Virus record (IMG/VR): IMGVR_UViG_3300025844_000016
Source of the DNA: an uncultured virus (IMG/VR IMGVR_UViG_3300025844_000016)
Taxonomy: Duplodnaviria > Heunggongvirae > Uroviricota > Caudoviricetes
Length of the DNA stretch: 64,000 bases
Direction: 5' to 3' (one strand)
In this document: piece after piece, positions 40,026 through 49,164 of the stretch
Layout of the letters: every line of letters starts with the position of its first letter
Numbering within the stretch: the first letter of the stretch is position 1
Notes under the pieces: generated by a model
What the model was told of the DNA's origin: nothing
Seen by the model: the letters and a program-made list of their open reading frames with translations, nothing else
Database searches by the model: none
Made by a program: the position numbers and the translations under genes

Positions 40026-40796
40026 TTACTGAGGGCGAAGCGTCGAGACGACTGCACCCAAAATCTTGAGGTCCTTGGCGGCGACTTCCTGCTTGTCACC
40101 CCGCGAGCCTTCGACCATGACCTTGCTCGACTTGGCAAAAGACGGGGCGATGCGGATCACTTCCATACCGCCGTTGACTTCGATCACGTAGGTATCGAAC
40201 TCGTTCGAGACGGACTGGACGCTGGAGTCCACGAACAGGCGAGTGTCCTGACGCAAGCCGAACGCATCGGCATTGTGACCGAGGACGTAGACCTTGAGCG
40301 TGCGGACGCTTTCCACGTAACTCTCGGCCAGCGATCGCGGCATCGCGAAAGTTCCACTGTTGTAGGAACCATCCCGGCCGAAAGTGATCTCGTCCACATT
40401 GACGGTCGCTTCGGCCGCATTCATGTCGCCGACGGCCTTGACGCCGTGTTCCCCGAATGCGAGGAAGGATGGCGAGACCTTGAGGACCCGCGCCAGTGCT
40501 TCGACGATCGGGATCGGCGGCATGATTGTGTTGCGTTCGTAAGCGACGATGGTGCCACGGCACTTGTCGGCCGCCTTGGCGAGTTGATCCTGCGTCACAT
40601 TTTCACGCAGTCGGGCATAGGCCAGTCGCCCGCCCAGTGATCCGAGATCGAGATCGCTGTCAGAACCAGCGAGATCAGAGCGGCGTGCAACAGCAGGCAC
40701 AGCGTGCATCTGGATTTTTGCTTTGGACTTCCCGGTGACACGTCCGCCGGGAGGCTTCGTAAGGGTTGCGTGAGCAGCCATGTCTAGTTTCTCCAT
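40026..40796 (-). CDS. XRE-family HTH transcriptional regulator with S24-like C-terminal domain
   Basis: LGGRLAYARLRENVTQDQLA...TIVAYERN...LARVLKVSPSFLAFG; start may be 40796 or 40781. Confidence 0.8.
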   Translation of the reverse strand: MEKLDMAAHATLTKPPGGRVTGKSKAKIQMHAVPAVARRSDLAGSDSDLDLGSLGGRLAYARLRENVTQDQLAKAADKCRGTIVAYERNTIMPPIPIVEALARVLKVSPSFLAFGEHGVKAVGDMNAAEATVNVDEITFGRDGSYNSGTFAMPRSLAESYVESVRTLKVYVLGHNADAFGLRQDTRLFVDSSVQSVSNEFDTYVIEVNGGMEVIRIAPSFAKSSKVMVEGSRGDKQEVAAKDLKILGAVVSTLRPQ

Positions 40797-40914
40797 TTGT
40801 TTCGGTGATTCGCTTACTAGGGCAAAGACCGATTCGGTGTCAAGCGAAAATGCAGTCAAGATCATTTAGAATGTTCTCAACTGCATTTTTGACCCGTCAA
40901 ATAGGAGGAATATA

Positions 40915-41178
40915 TCAGGATTCCAAGACGGACCAATCTTTTGACAGATCGCTGTATCCGCCTAACCGCTTCCCTACTGGATCAGTCAGACTGGCGTCCT
41001 GATCCATGATAAAGACCTGAGGCACAGTGTTTGTTCCGGTCTTCTGATAAAAATCCTGACGGAGCGAATCATCGGTCAGATCGACTTCGGTGTAGGTATA
41101 GCCACGCTTCACAAGCTCCATCTTGAGGAGCGAGCAAAACGGGCACCCGAGCTTGGAGTAGACGACGATCTGCATCAC
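40915..41178 (-). CDS. Glutaredoxin
   Basis: YSKLGCPFC, TVPQVFI, LGGYSDL. Confidence 0.9.
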   Translation of the reverse strand: MMQIVVYSKLGCPFCSLLKMELVKRGYTYTEVDLTDDSLRQDFYQKTGTNTVPQVFIMDQDASLTDPVGKRLGGYSDLSKDWSVLES

Positions 41179-42185
41179 GCGTTATCCTCGAACTTGGAAA
41201 CGAAGTTCCACGTATTCTCATCCCAGCCGGTCACGCCGCCCTTGGCATACTCGGTCGATCGGCCTTCGAAGAAGTTGGTGTGCGTGTGGGCAGCCATCAT
41301 CTCGTCGATCCAGTCGAGTGGGTTTTCCTTCTGGCGGTAGATCGGCTTGAGACCCAACTGGATCATGCGGCGATCGGCCGTGTAGCGGATGTAGGTCTTG
41401 GTCTCCTCGGCCGTGATGCCGGCGACCTCGCCCATGGCGAACATGAGGTCGATGAAGCGGTCTTCGAGCCGCACCATGTCCTTGGCGATCTGGCGGATGG
41501 CTGCCTTGACATCTTCGTTCCAGAGCTTCGGGTTCTCCTTGATCATGGTGTGGAAGAGCTTGAGCATACATTCGACGTGCAGAGTCTCGTCACGCAGCGA
41601 CCACTCAACGATGGTGGACATGCCCTTCATCAGGTTGCGGCGCTTGAAGCTCAGCAGGACAGCGAAGCTGGAGAAAAGCTGCATACCTTCCCCGAAGGCC
41701 GAGAACACCGCCAGATCGAGCGCCAGACGCTCACGCGGGGTGAACCGCCGGCCGTCAGTCCCTTCGGTCCGATCAGCGAACATATACTCGTGTTTCTCAG
41801 CCATCTCGGCGTATTCGGCAAAGGCGCTGTAATCGGACTCCGGCATCCCGACCGTATCGATCAACTGAGAATACGAGTGGATGTGGTTGGCTTCCTGCGT
41901 CGCAATTGCCGAGAGCATCATGCGAATCTCGGTCGGCTTGAACATCGGGATGTAGACATCAAGGTAGCCGTGCGTGATGTCTTCATCACCCTTGGTGAAG
42001 AAGCGGAAAAGCTGGGTGAGAAGATTCTTCTCGGATGGGGTGAGCTTTGAGTTCCAGTCATGCACATCCTCTTGAAGAGGAACTTCGGATGGAAGCCAAT
42101 GAGTCTTCTGCAACATATCGTAAGCTTCGAACGCCCACGGAAACTGGAAAGGCTTGTATGCAGCGCTCTTCTTAAAAATGGACAT
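41175..42185 (-). CDS. nrdB: Ribonucleotide reductase class I beta subunit
   Basis: EANHIHSY, EGMQLFSSF, WSLRDETLH, NFFE motifs. Confidence 0.93.
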   Translation of the reverse strand: MSIFKKSAAYKPFQFPWAFEAYDMLQKTHWLPSEVPLQEDVHDWNSKLTPSEKNLLTQLFRFFTKGDEDITHGYLDVYIPMFKPTEIRMMLSAIATQEANHIHSYSQLIDTVGMPESDYSAFAEYAEMAEKHEYMFADRTEGTDGRRFTPRERLALDLAVFSAFGEGMQLFSSFAVLLSFKRRNLMKGMSTIVEWSLRDETLHVECMLKLFHTMIKENPKLWNEDVKAAIRQIAKDMVRLEDRFIDLMFAMGEVAGITAEETKTYIRYTADRRMIQLGLKPIYRQKENPLDWIDEMMAAHTHTNFFEGRSTEYAKGGVTGWDENTWNFVSKFEDNA

Positions 42186-42669
42186 CTTTCCAAATCTTTC
42201 TTGTCTTAATGCGAGAAATCACTGTGGCATCTATGCCGTAATCTCTTGCTATTTCTTTTTGCTTGTCTCCGCTTGCTAGGCGGCGTTTAATTTGAGATAC
42301 ATCGACTTCGGTAAGCTTTGCTTGGGTATGTTGTTCGCCTTTCATAGCGGCGAAGCCAAGAGTTCTTCCTTTTTCAGCTTTGTCATCCATGTTGTCCTTG
42401 TTCGTGCCTTCGAACAAATGCTCTGGACGAACACATGCAGGGTTATCGCAACGATGGCAGGCTTGGAGATTACCTAGGGGACCGTGTAAACGCTCGTAAG
42501 CGAAGCGATGAGCCCTAGCGTTCTTCTGTTTCTCACCGTCCCAGAACAACCCGTAGCCGTCCTTGTCCAATGATCCTTGCCACTCCCAACAACCAGTTTC
42601 TGACACTTTGAACATAGCGTCGAAACGTTCATTGTTGGTGAGACCGCGCTGTCCTTGGAAGCTGGTCAC
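42172..42669 (-). CDS. HNH homing endonuclease with C-terminal HTH
   Basis: CWEWQG..GYG, AHRFAYE, CHRCDNPACVRPEHLFEGTNKDNMDD; AT-rich. Confidence 0.9.
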   Translation of the reverse strand: MTSFQGQRGLTNNERFDAMFKVSETGCWEWQGSLDKDGYGLFWDGEKQKNARAHRFAYERLHGPLGNLQACHRCDNPACVRPEHLFEGTNKDNMDDKAEKGRTLGFAAMKGEQHTQAKLTEVDVSQIKRRLASGDKQKEIARDYGIDATVISRIKTRKIWKDVHF

Positions 42670-42857
42670 AGCCGGTAGCGGTGTTCTCGGGCGATGATCC
42701 GGCGCGGCCAGACAGCGGTGTTCCCGCCCACATGGAAGGAACCGTCGGGGTTGACTTGGGTGACCTCGTAGTCACCGGGTGGGATGATGCAGTCGGGCTC
42801 ATCTCCAAGCGTCACGATGTCACCGACGACGGGGAGGAAGTCGGGATCGATACCCAT
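42666..42857 (-). CDS. Hypothetical protein
   Basis: MGIDPDFLPVVG...; TGATG coupling. Confidence 0.55.
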   Translation of the reverse strand: MGIDPDFLPVVGDIVTLGDEPDCIIPPGDYEVTQVNPDGSFHVGGNTAVWPRRIIAREHRYRL

Positions 42858-43126
42858 CAGTAGGTCTCCGGCATGATGGTATGCAGATCGGTGATTTGAC
42901 ACCCCCGAATCTCACCACTTTCGGTATAGAGCATAACGTGATTTTGACGGTGAATCTGAGCATAGACCCTCCCCCAAATGGTGCGCTTGAGACGAGGAGT
43001 CCGCCCCGGCTTGATGTGGCTGGGGTGGGGCTGGTGGGGGTATTCGTAACCGACTACCCGACCCACCAGATCGCCCTTGAAATCGGGAAAAGCATCAGCA
43101 TAGCTATCGAGAAAATTATCCTTCAC
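42857..43126 (-). CDS. Hypothetical protein
   Basis: GTG start overlapping end of nrdA. Confidence 0.5.
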   Translation of the reverse strand: MKDNFLDSYADAFPDFKGDLVGRVVGYEYPHQPHPSHIKPGRTPRLKRTIWGRVYAQIHRQNHVMLYTESGEIRGCQITDLHTIMPETY

Positions 43127-44882
43127 AGGCGAGGCATCCTTCATCTTCGGGCATGACCATTTCCAGCGCAGCCACCTTGGTGTTCATGTTCTCAGCTTTC
43201 TTGGGAGCCTTGGACCGCACATAATACATACTTTTGCTACCACCGGCCCAAGCCATGAAGTGCAGTTCGAGCATGTAGTCGGCGTCCACGAATGCGGGCA
43301 CCGAGATGTTAAGGCTAACGCCCTGATCGACGTAGCCGGAACGATCGTTCGCCATCTGAATGGTCAGGCGCTGGTCGGTCTCGAAGGCGGTGGCGAACAC
43401 AGCCTTTTCCTGATCGGTCAGGAAGTCCAGATGCTGGACCGAACCTTCGTGGAGCAGGATGTCCTTCCAGACTTCCTTGGTGTTCTTGCCCTTGGTTTCG
43501 AGCAGGCGAACCAGCGACGGATTCTTAACGGTGTGCGAACCGGTCAGAGTCTTGTGGATGAAGATGTTCTCCGGCCACTGTTCGATGGACGGCGAGATCG
43601 GACCCTGCGGCACGAAGATCGACGACGAAGCATTCGGAGCCACAGCCATGCGGTGGGAGAAGCGATGCCCGGTGCCGGCCATGTCTGGCGCTTCACCGCG
43701 TTCAGCACCGAGCTTGAGCGAAGCCGCGATCGTCTTCTTCTGCAAGTCTTCGAACATCATCACGTTGTAGGCGCGAGCAAGGTCACTGCCCCACACGATC
43801 CCGTGATCCTGCAAGTAGGTGTGGAGGCCCATGCCGCCCAGACCGACCGACCGCTCGTTCTTTGCTGAGGCGACAGCACGCCACAGTTCCGGAGGAGCCT
43901 TCGCGATGAAGTCATCCAGCGTGTTGTCGAGCATCCGCATGAGGTCTTCGATGAAGAGCGGGTGATCCTTCCACTCATCGTAGGCCGCGAGGTTCGGACT
44001 CGACAGGCAGCAGACCGCTGTGCGATCTTCGGCCGTCGGAAGCATGATCTCCGTGCAGAGATTCGAGTGATTGATCTTGAGGCCCTTGTCCTTGAGAGGC
44101 TGGGGCAGCGCACGATTGGCGGTGTCCTTGAACAGGATGAAGGGCTCGCCGGTCTGGTGGCGCGTCTCGACGATCTTCCGCATCAGAGCGCGGGCGTTGA
44201 CCGTCTTCTTGATCTCGCCGGTCTTCGGGCTGCGGAAGTTCCACTCAGCATCGGCCAGACAGGCGCGCATGAAGTCGTCTGTGATGTTGATGGCGTGGTG
44301 AAGGTTCAGTGCCTTGCGGTTTGCGTCACCACCCGACGGCTTGCGAAGCTCAAGGAACTCATCCGTTTCCGGGTGCGAGATGTCGAGATAGGCGCAGTAG
44401 CTACCGCGCCGGGTCTTACCCTGCGAGAACGCCAGCATGTAGCGATCGAGGATGCAGACAAACGGGATGCCGCCGGACGACGCCGAACCCTTGGATGTGC
44501 CTTCCGCGCCGCGCACAGCGATGTAGCCACCAACACCACCACCGAGGCTGGAGAGCCACGAAGTCTCTTCGTAGTGGGCGTTGATGCCCTTGCGGCTGTC
44601 GGCCATGTAGTTGAGGTAGCAGGAGATCGGAAGACCGCGCTCGGTGCCGCCATTGGAGAGTAGCGGGGTGGCGAACATGAACCAGCCCTTGGAAGCATAA
44701 TCGTAGAGTCGCTGGGCATGTGCGGCGTCATCGGCGAAGGCTGCCGAGGCGCGGGCGAACGCATGTTGAGGACTGGTCTCCCCTTCAACCATGTAGCGAT
44801 CTTGTAGGGTTTCAATGGCGTGCGGAGCGAGCAGAGCGTCGCGCCCGAGATCGATAATGACCTCGTTCGGGGAGACTGGCAT
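43116..44882 (-). CDS. nrdA: Ribonucleotide reductase class I alpha subunit (no ATP cone)
   Basis: GLPISCYL, GEPFI, SNLCTEI, APNASSS, DQGVSLN, C-terminal CLACEG; start MPVSPNE. Confidence 0.93.
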   Translation of the reverse strand: MPVSPNEVIIDLGRDALLAPHAIETLQDRYMVEGETSPQHAFARASAAFADDAAHAQRLYDYASKGWFMFATPLLSNGGTERGLPISCYLNYMADSRKGINAHYEETSWLSSLGGGVGGYIAVRGAEGTSKGSASSGGIPFVCILDRYMLAFSQGKTRRGSYCAYLDISHPETDEFLELRKPSGGDANRKALNLHHAINITDDFMRACLADAEWNFRSPKTGEIKKTVNARALMRKIVETRHQTGEPFILFKDTANRALPQPLKDKGLKINHSNLCTEIMLPTAEDRTAVCCLSSPNLAAYDEWKDHPLFIEDLMRMLDNTLDDFIAKAPPELWRAVASAKNERSVGLGGMGLHTYLQDHGIVWGSDLARAYNVMMFEDLQKKTIAASLKLGAERGEAPDMAGTGHRFSHRMAVAPNASSSIFVPQGPISPSIEQWPENIFIHKTLTGSHTVKNPSLVRLLETKGKNTKEVWKDILLHEGSVQHLDFLTDQEKAVFATAFETDQRLTIQMANDRSGYVDQGVSLNISVPAFVDADYMLELHFMAWAGGSKSMYYVRSKAPKKAENMNTKVAALEMVMPEDEGCLACEG

Positions 44883-44922
44883 GAGTTTTGGGTGTCCGTA
44901 GATGAAGTGAAAACGGCCGCAC

Positions 44923-44951
44923 AGTATAGCGAAAATGTCGGTGGTGATCAA
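44923..44951 (-). promoter_or_regulatory. Promoter with conserved spacer box upstream of nrdA
   Basis: On - strand TTGATC - accaccgacattttcgc - TATACT. Confidence 0.7.
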
Positions 44952-44993
44952 GGAGTAAATTTGCTGTGCAGCAAATATACCGCTTGACACGAA

Positions 44994-45611
44994 TTAGTGC
45001 TGGAGGACGGTGGAGAGACCCTTGGCTACGCTGAACCGAGGAAGCGCCAGACCAGTTCCGTAGACCCAACGACCGAACTCTGGGTGGACCCGTTCACCGT
45101 AGGAGCCGATCTCAATCTCGGCGAGTTCCAGATCGAAGCCAATGTCAGTGGCAACAATATCCGGATCGATCCCACTCAGGACACCGACCACTTCGCGGGC
45201 GTCATGCATGACGCGATCGACAGTCGCATCTTCGACAGTGACGAAGAGTTCGGCCTTCATGAATCCAGTCTGGTAGAAGATGTTCTGGACTGGCTCATGG
45301 CGGAAACAAGGTGTCACACCGATGTATGCGCCGGGCTTGAGACCCATGGACAAAAAGCCTTGCTCGGCAGACCCCACGAGGTAGTGGGCTTCTTCGAAGG
45401 CATCAGTCGCGCCGATCCATTTACCATCATGGTCGCGGTGGTCAAAACGGGGACCGGCAACGTAGACAGGAAACTCCGGCGGTAAGGTGGCGCGGATCGG
45501 TGCCTCAGGCACTAGCCAAGGGACTTCCTTGTAGACGTAGCCGCGTTTCTGATACTCCGTGACCGCCCGGCCGAGTAGCGCGTAGTCGATCATGGGTGTC
45601 ATATCAGTCAT
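44994..45611 (-). CDS. Minimal class II aminoacyl-tRNA-synthetase-like catalytic domain protein
   Basis: 205 aa from MTDMTPM; GY.YKEVPW (motif 1-like), LVGSAEQ, TPCFRHE...FMKAEL (motif 2), IEIGSYG, GTGLALPRF (motif 3). Confidence 0.7.
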   Translation of the reverse strand: MTDMTPMIDYALLGRAVTEYQKRGYVYKEVPWLVPEAPIRATLPPEFPVYVAGPRFDHRDHDGKWIGATDAFEEAHYLVGSAEQGFLSMGLKPGAYIGVTPCFRHEPVQNIFYQTGFMKAELFVTVEDATVDRVMHDAREVVGVLSGIDPDIVATDIGFDLELAEIEIGSYGERVHPEFGRWVYGTGLALPRFSVAKGLSTVLQH

Positions 45612-45843
45612 CGTCCTCTTGGTCTTCGTCGCCGAAATCGTCTGGCCCCATGATGAAGTCGCTGCACATCTCGCAAAGCTGGGTGCATTCATCGACCCAC
45701 GGACCGGTATCACCACACTCCATGCATTCGTCAGGATCGGGAATCCGTTCGAGGACCTTACCGTCCTTGTCAACAAGGAACCGACCCTCAGCCGTCTCGA
45801 CGATCTCGGGATAGAAAACCGGTTGGGCCTTGATCTCAGTCAT
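45604..45843 (-). CDS. Small zinc-binding acidic protein
   Basis: MTEIKAQP...CMECG...CEMC, acidic tail. Confidence 0.55.
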   Translation of the reverse strand: MTEIKAQPVFYPEIVETAEGRFLVDKDGKVLERIPDPDECMECGDTGPWVDECTQLCEMCSDFIMGPDDFGDEDQEDDD

Positions 45844-46195
45844 CACAGTTCTCCTGCCTCGCGGCAAACTCAGGGCAAAGCTCAGCGACCTTGCGATGCT
45901 GATCGTATCGGTAATCCGCCCACGGATCATCTTCACCACCAACGAGACGGACAAAGCCGGTCTGCTCGTTGACCACACGGGCTCGGGTATATCGCTCGCC
46001 CTGCCCATCGTCACGAAAGACGTGATAATCCGGCGTTTCGATCCCGGCGTCTTCCATCTCGACCAGAAGCGCTTCGAAGCGCTTGCGCCATTCCATGGGC
46101 ATGACTTGCAGTGCGAGCTTGGGCAGCACCAAGTAAGGCGTCCGGGCAAGCCGAAGATCGAACGGACACTGCTCCATGACCATGGCCTCAGCCAT
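45836..46195 (-). CDS. Hypothetical protein
   Basis: YLVLPKLALQVMPMEWRKRF..L motif; coupled operon. Confidence 0.6.
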   Translation of the reverse strand: MAEAMVMEQCPFDLRLARTPYLVLPKLALQVMPMEWRKRFEALLVEMEDAGIETPDYHVFRDDGQGERYTRARVVNEQTGFVRLVGGEDDPWADYRYDQHRKVAELCPEFAARQENCDD

Positions 46196-46481
46196 CACGG
46201 TTCTCCCGCACACCCGACTCGAAAGCCCGCTTGGTGACAGCCGCCATCGCGGCAAGGTCTGCAAGGGTCACAGTCGGGTGATGCTTTACCAGCCACCCTT
46301 CGATCGCTCCGATCACATCGGAGAGTTCGACCAGCGCCATGATCTGGACGTTCTGGTCAAGAGCATCGGCGAACTCGTCGATCTCTTCGTAAATCTTGGA
46401 GTCCTCACCGAACACACCGCGAGCGATCACAGCCTTGTGATAGCCCAGCAGGGCGTCGATGGTCTCATCGGGATCAGCCAC
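46188..46481 (-). CDS. Small MazG-like NTP pyrophosphatase-fold protein
   Basis: KIYEEIDEFADA...LVELSDVIGAI (EExxE...ExxD). Confidence 0.55.
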   Translation of the reverse strand: MADPDETIDALLGYHKAVIARGVFGEDSKIYEEIDEFADALDQNVQIMALVELSDVIGAIEGWLVKHHPTVTLADLAAMAAVTKRAFESGVRENRDG

Positions 46482-46659
46482 GCTTCTTCATCCTCTTGCG
46501 AAATGCACGGTTCTCGACAGCCATTGCCTTGCGTCGCTGGGCCCGGTTCAAGCCTGCGTATCGGGGATCGATGTTGTCAACGAAAGTCAAACCGGACTTC
46601 ATGTCGAACAAAGCGCCAGTGGAATCCCACTCGTCAAATCCATAGGATTCCATGTCCAT
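46474..46659 (-). CDS. Hypothetical protein
   Basis: Basic C-terminus LNRAQRRKA. Confidence 0.5.
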   Translation of the reverse strand: MDMESYGFDEWDSTGALFDMKSGLTFVDNIDPRYAGLNRAQRRKAMAVENRAFRKRMKKRG

Positions 46660-46667
46660 GTGAGTGA

Positions 46668-46763
46668 TCACTTGCCGGCTACCACATCGATCACTACGGC
46701 GAGACCAACAGCAGCGAGCAGAAGGATCGCGGTGGCCTGAATCCAAGAAAGCTTTCTATCCAT
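46668..46763 (-). CDS. Small membrane peptide (31 aa)
   Basis: MDRKLSWIQATAILLLAAVGLAVVIDVVAGK; AGGGG RBS, directly below promoter. Confidence 0.5.
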   Translation of the reverse strand: MDRKLSWIQATAILLLAAVGLAVVIDVVAGK

Positions 46764-46788
46764 TTTCTTTCCCCTGTTTTCAAGTCAC

Positions 46789-46817
46789 CGCATATCCATA
46801 ATGGCGGTGGTTGTCAA
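46789..46817 (-). promoter_or_regulatory. Promoter with conserved spacer box
   Basis: On - strand TTGACA - accaccgccattatgga - TATGCG. Confidence 0.6.
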
Positions 46818-46824
46818 TCGAAAG

Positions 46825-47049
46825 TTAATCGATTCGATGAATCCGCGCACCGGGAACGGCACGTTCAATCATCAGGGCGACTTCTTCGACATCGGCCGAA
46901 AGGTCCAGCGATGCAATCACACCGAACTGACCGAAGGCGACCAACTTGGTCTCTTGCTGGGTGGCGTCCGGACAAAGAGCAAACAATGCCCGGCCGTCAA
47001 TGAAGTAGGGTCCGTTGTCCTTGTCAACGAAGCGGAGAAGGTCCATCAC
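46825..47049 (-). CDS. Hypothetical protein
   Basis: 74 aa ORF, coupled. Confidence 0.55.
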   Translation of the reverse strand: MMDLLRFVDKDNGPYFIDGRALFALCPDATQQETKLVAFGQFGVIASLDLSADVEEVALMIERAVPGARIHRID

Positions 47050-47177
47050 TTGTCCACTTCGAAGGTGCGCTCATACGTCTCGGCGGGATTTTCCTCGGCG
47101 TATTTGCGGCTGACAAACCGGCCCGTGATGGCCGAGACGAAGCGCTTGAAGCGCCGGCGGAGATTGAAGCGGCTCAT
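47046..47177 (-). CDS. Small basic protein (SAITGRFV motif)
   Basis: MSRFNLRRRFKRFVSAITGRFVSRKYAEENP. Confidence 0.55.
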   Translation of the reverse strand: MSRFNLRRRFKRFVSAITGRFVSRKYAEENPAETYERTFEVDK

Positions 47178-47311
47178 GAGCCGATATACTTCAAGAGAGC
47201 TTTGATGATCAGGACAGCGATGGTGATGACGACACCAATACCACCCAGCCACATCAGAATCGCAACGCAGCCGATCGTGGCCTGAGCCTTCTCAAAACTG
47301 TTCATGGGCAT
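47174..47311 (-). CDS. Small membrane protein
   Basis: Hydrophobic 45 aa ORF with AAGGA RBS. Confidence 0.5.
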   Translation of the reverse strand: MPMNSFEKAQATIGCVAILMWLGGIGVVITIAVLIIKALLKYIGS

Positions 47312-47333
47312 GTAATAATTTCCTTGTTGAGGA

Positions 47334-47903
47334 TTACGCCTTGTCGGCGCGGTTCTGGGCATCGGCGTCGGTGTATTTCATCCCGGCGTAGCGGACGCTG
47401 AGCTTGGCGATGTTCTGGTCCAGAACCGTCTCAAGCTTGACGCCGGAGAGTGAGCGCATGGTGATGAGTTGGCATTCCATACGGAACAGGGCCACAGTCA
47501 GAGCATCCCGATCGAGCGGCTTGTTGTAGACAACATGCTTCTTGACTTGATCGAGGATTTGGCTGGCAGCCATGTTGATCAGAGCCGCGACGACCATCGG
47601 CTGGTCCGACTGGTAGAAATCGAACCGCTGCTCGTAAAGGAACTCACGCGTGATGCCGACGTTGGTGCGAAGCTGCTGGAGATAGAACTCCATGTCGCCC
47701 ATTTCTTCGATCAGGTTTTCCAGATCGAGTTCGGTGCGGTCGCTCAGTTCGAAGCTGAAAAGAGCCTCGGTGATCTCACCAGCCTCACCGGAGATGCCGG
47801 TGGCAGCGTGCCACATATCGACCTTTTCAGGGGTCAACGATGCAAGGATGTCGTTGCCGGGCTTCGCCAGTGCGGCAACGAGTTCGGGGTGCGTCAGATT
47901 CAA
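47334..47903 (-). CDS. MazG-like nucleotide pyrophosphohydrolase
   Basis: TTG start after AAGGA; HAATGISGEAGEI...ENLIEEMGDMEFY...NIAKLSVRY. Confidence 0.75.
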   Translation of the reverse strand: MNLTHPELVAALAKPGNDILASLTPEKVDMWHAATGISGEAGEITEALFSFELSDRTELDLENLIEEMGDMEFYLQQLRTNVGITREFLYEQRFDFYQSDQPMVVAALINMAASQILDQVKKHVVYNKPLDRDALTVALFRMECQLITMRSLSGVKLETVLDQNIAKLSVRYAGMKYTDADAQNRADKA

Positions 47904-47913
47904 GGCGAGTTCC

Positions 47914-48414
47914 TTAGGCTGCGATCGAAGAGGGAGCGGAATCCGCGTTGGCGATTTTCGCCGACCCGTTCTGGGCCACGTATTCCTCAGCGAATTTCCA
48001 GACCGCGTTGCGGAAATCCACATCAGTAAGAAGGTAACGCATGTAGGTGCCAACGACCTGAGCCGTGGTAGGAAGGCTGTGACCGGTCGGATCACCGCCT
48101 TCGTTATCCAGCGAGACGTTGTAACGACCGGTAGTGAGGTCCTTATCGATCAAGGAGATCGTCATCTTGGCAGGCTGTTCGGTCATCGGCATTTCCGGGT
48201 TGTCCCGCGTCATGCTGTCAATCAGGTCGCGACCGAAGGCGACAACGCCATCCGCAAACTCTTCGGTGGCAACAATCGTATTCAGATAGAACGCCGTGAA
48301 ATATGCGGCGGTAGCCTGTCCGTCATCGATCTCGGTTCCAGATGCCGAGAAATCAACCTTGTAGGTGGCCGCTGCAAGATCAATGTCGCTAACAGTCAAG
48401 GTGACGAATGCCAT
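47914..48414 (-). CDS. Hypothetical protein with internal duplication
   Basis: TLTVSDIDL..ATYKV..TAA / TISLIDKDL..GRYNV..TTA. Confidence 0.65.
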   Translation of the reverse strand: MAFVTLTVSDIDLAAATYKVDFSASGTEIDDGQATAAYFTAFYLNTIVATEEFADGVVAFGRDLIDSMTRDNPEMPMTEQPAKMTISLIDKDLTTGRYNVSLDNEGGDPTGHSLPTTAQVVGTYMRYLLTDVDFRNAVWKFAEEYVAQNGSAKIANADSAPSSIAA

Positions 48415-48468
48415 AATAAGTTACTCCAGTTACAGGCAAAGTTATCCTCCAGAAGAAGGACATGCCTT

Positions 48469-49056
48469 CTACAGGAGACGCAGCTTGTCGAGAAAGCGCA
48501 TCTGGAACTCTTGGATCGCGTAGGGCTCTTGGCCCGGCGCGGCCCGCCGATTGGTGATTTTTTGACCTGCTGGGAGCTTCGCAATCAATTCGTCAATCAG
48601 AGCTTCGGATTCGTGTTCCCCCTCAATGGGCTTGATCCAGTCGGCCGTGATGCCAAAGCATACACCACCGGCGGCTTCAACGGCCCGCATTTCATTGGGG
48701 AAGCGCACATCAGTGATCACGGTGTCCCGTCCACTGGTGAGCCCTATCGCAGTGCTGATCCAGAGATCATCTGCGATGAGTTGGCGACCCCATTCCGTCC
48801 CCAAAGTCTGCATCGCAAACCTTGGTGTTTGACCCGAAAGGTAGGAAGTCGGCATCTCTTTGAGATCGCCTTCTACCATTCGTTCGACAGTCTGAGCATC
48901 AAGACCACGATAGGTCAAGAAACATCTCAGCATGTCTTTCAAGGCCCCCGCAAACTTGACGTTCTGGTAACCCTGAGACAGCAGCACGAGGGCCGCTGTA
49001 TCTTTGCCTGATCCCTTCCGACCTAGTAGGCCGATGAGCTTCGGTGCCGATGTCAT
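48469..49056 (-). CDS. Deoxynucleoside monophosphate kinase
   Basis: GLLGRKGSGKDT P-loop, FAGALKDM, TPRFAMQTLGTEWGR, ITDVRFPNE. Confidence 0.88.
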   Translation of the reverse strand: MTSAPKLIGLLGRKGSGKDTAALVLLSQGYQNVKFAGALKDMLRCFLTYRGLDAQTVERMVEGDLKEMPTSYLSGQTPRFAMQTLGTEWGRQLIADDLWISTAIGLTSGRDTVITDVRFPNEMRAVEAAGGVCFGITADWIKPIEGEHESEALIDELIAKLPAGQKITNRRAAPGQEPYAIQEFQMRFLDKLRLL

Positions 49057-49164
49057 GCTTCTGATACTTTCTCTAACATGGCGCAAGTGGTCACGGTAGT
49101 CCGTGCAAAATTAGCGCTGAGTTGATGGAACCTGATAGTCAAACTGGCGGTTTTAAGCCATTTC

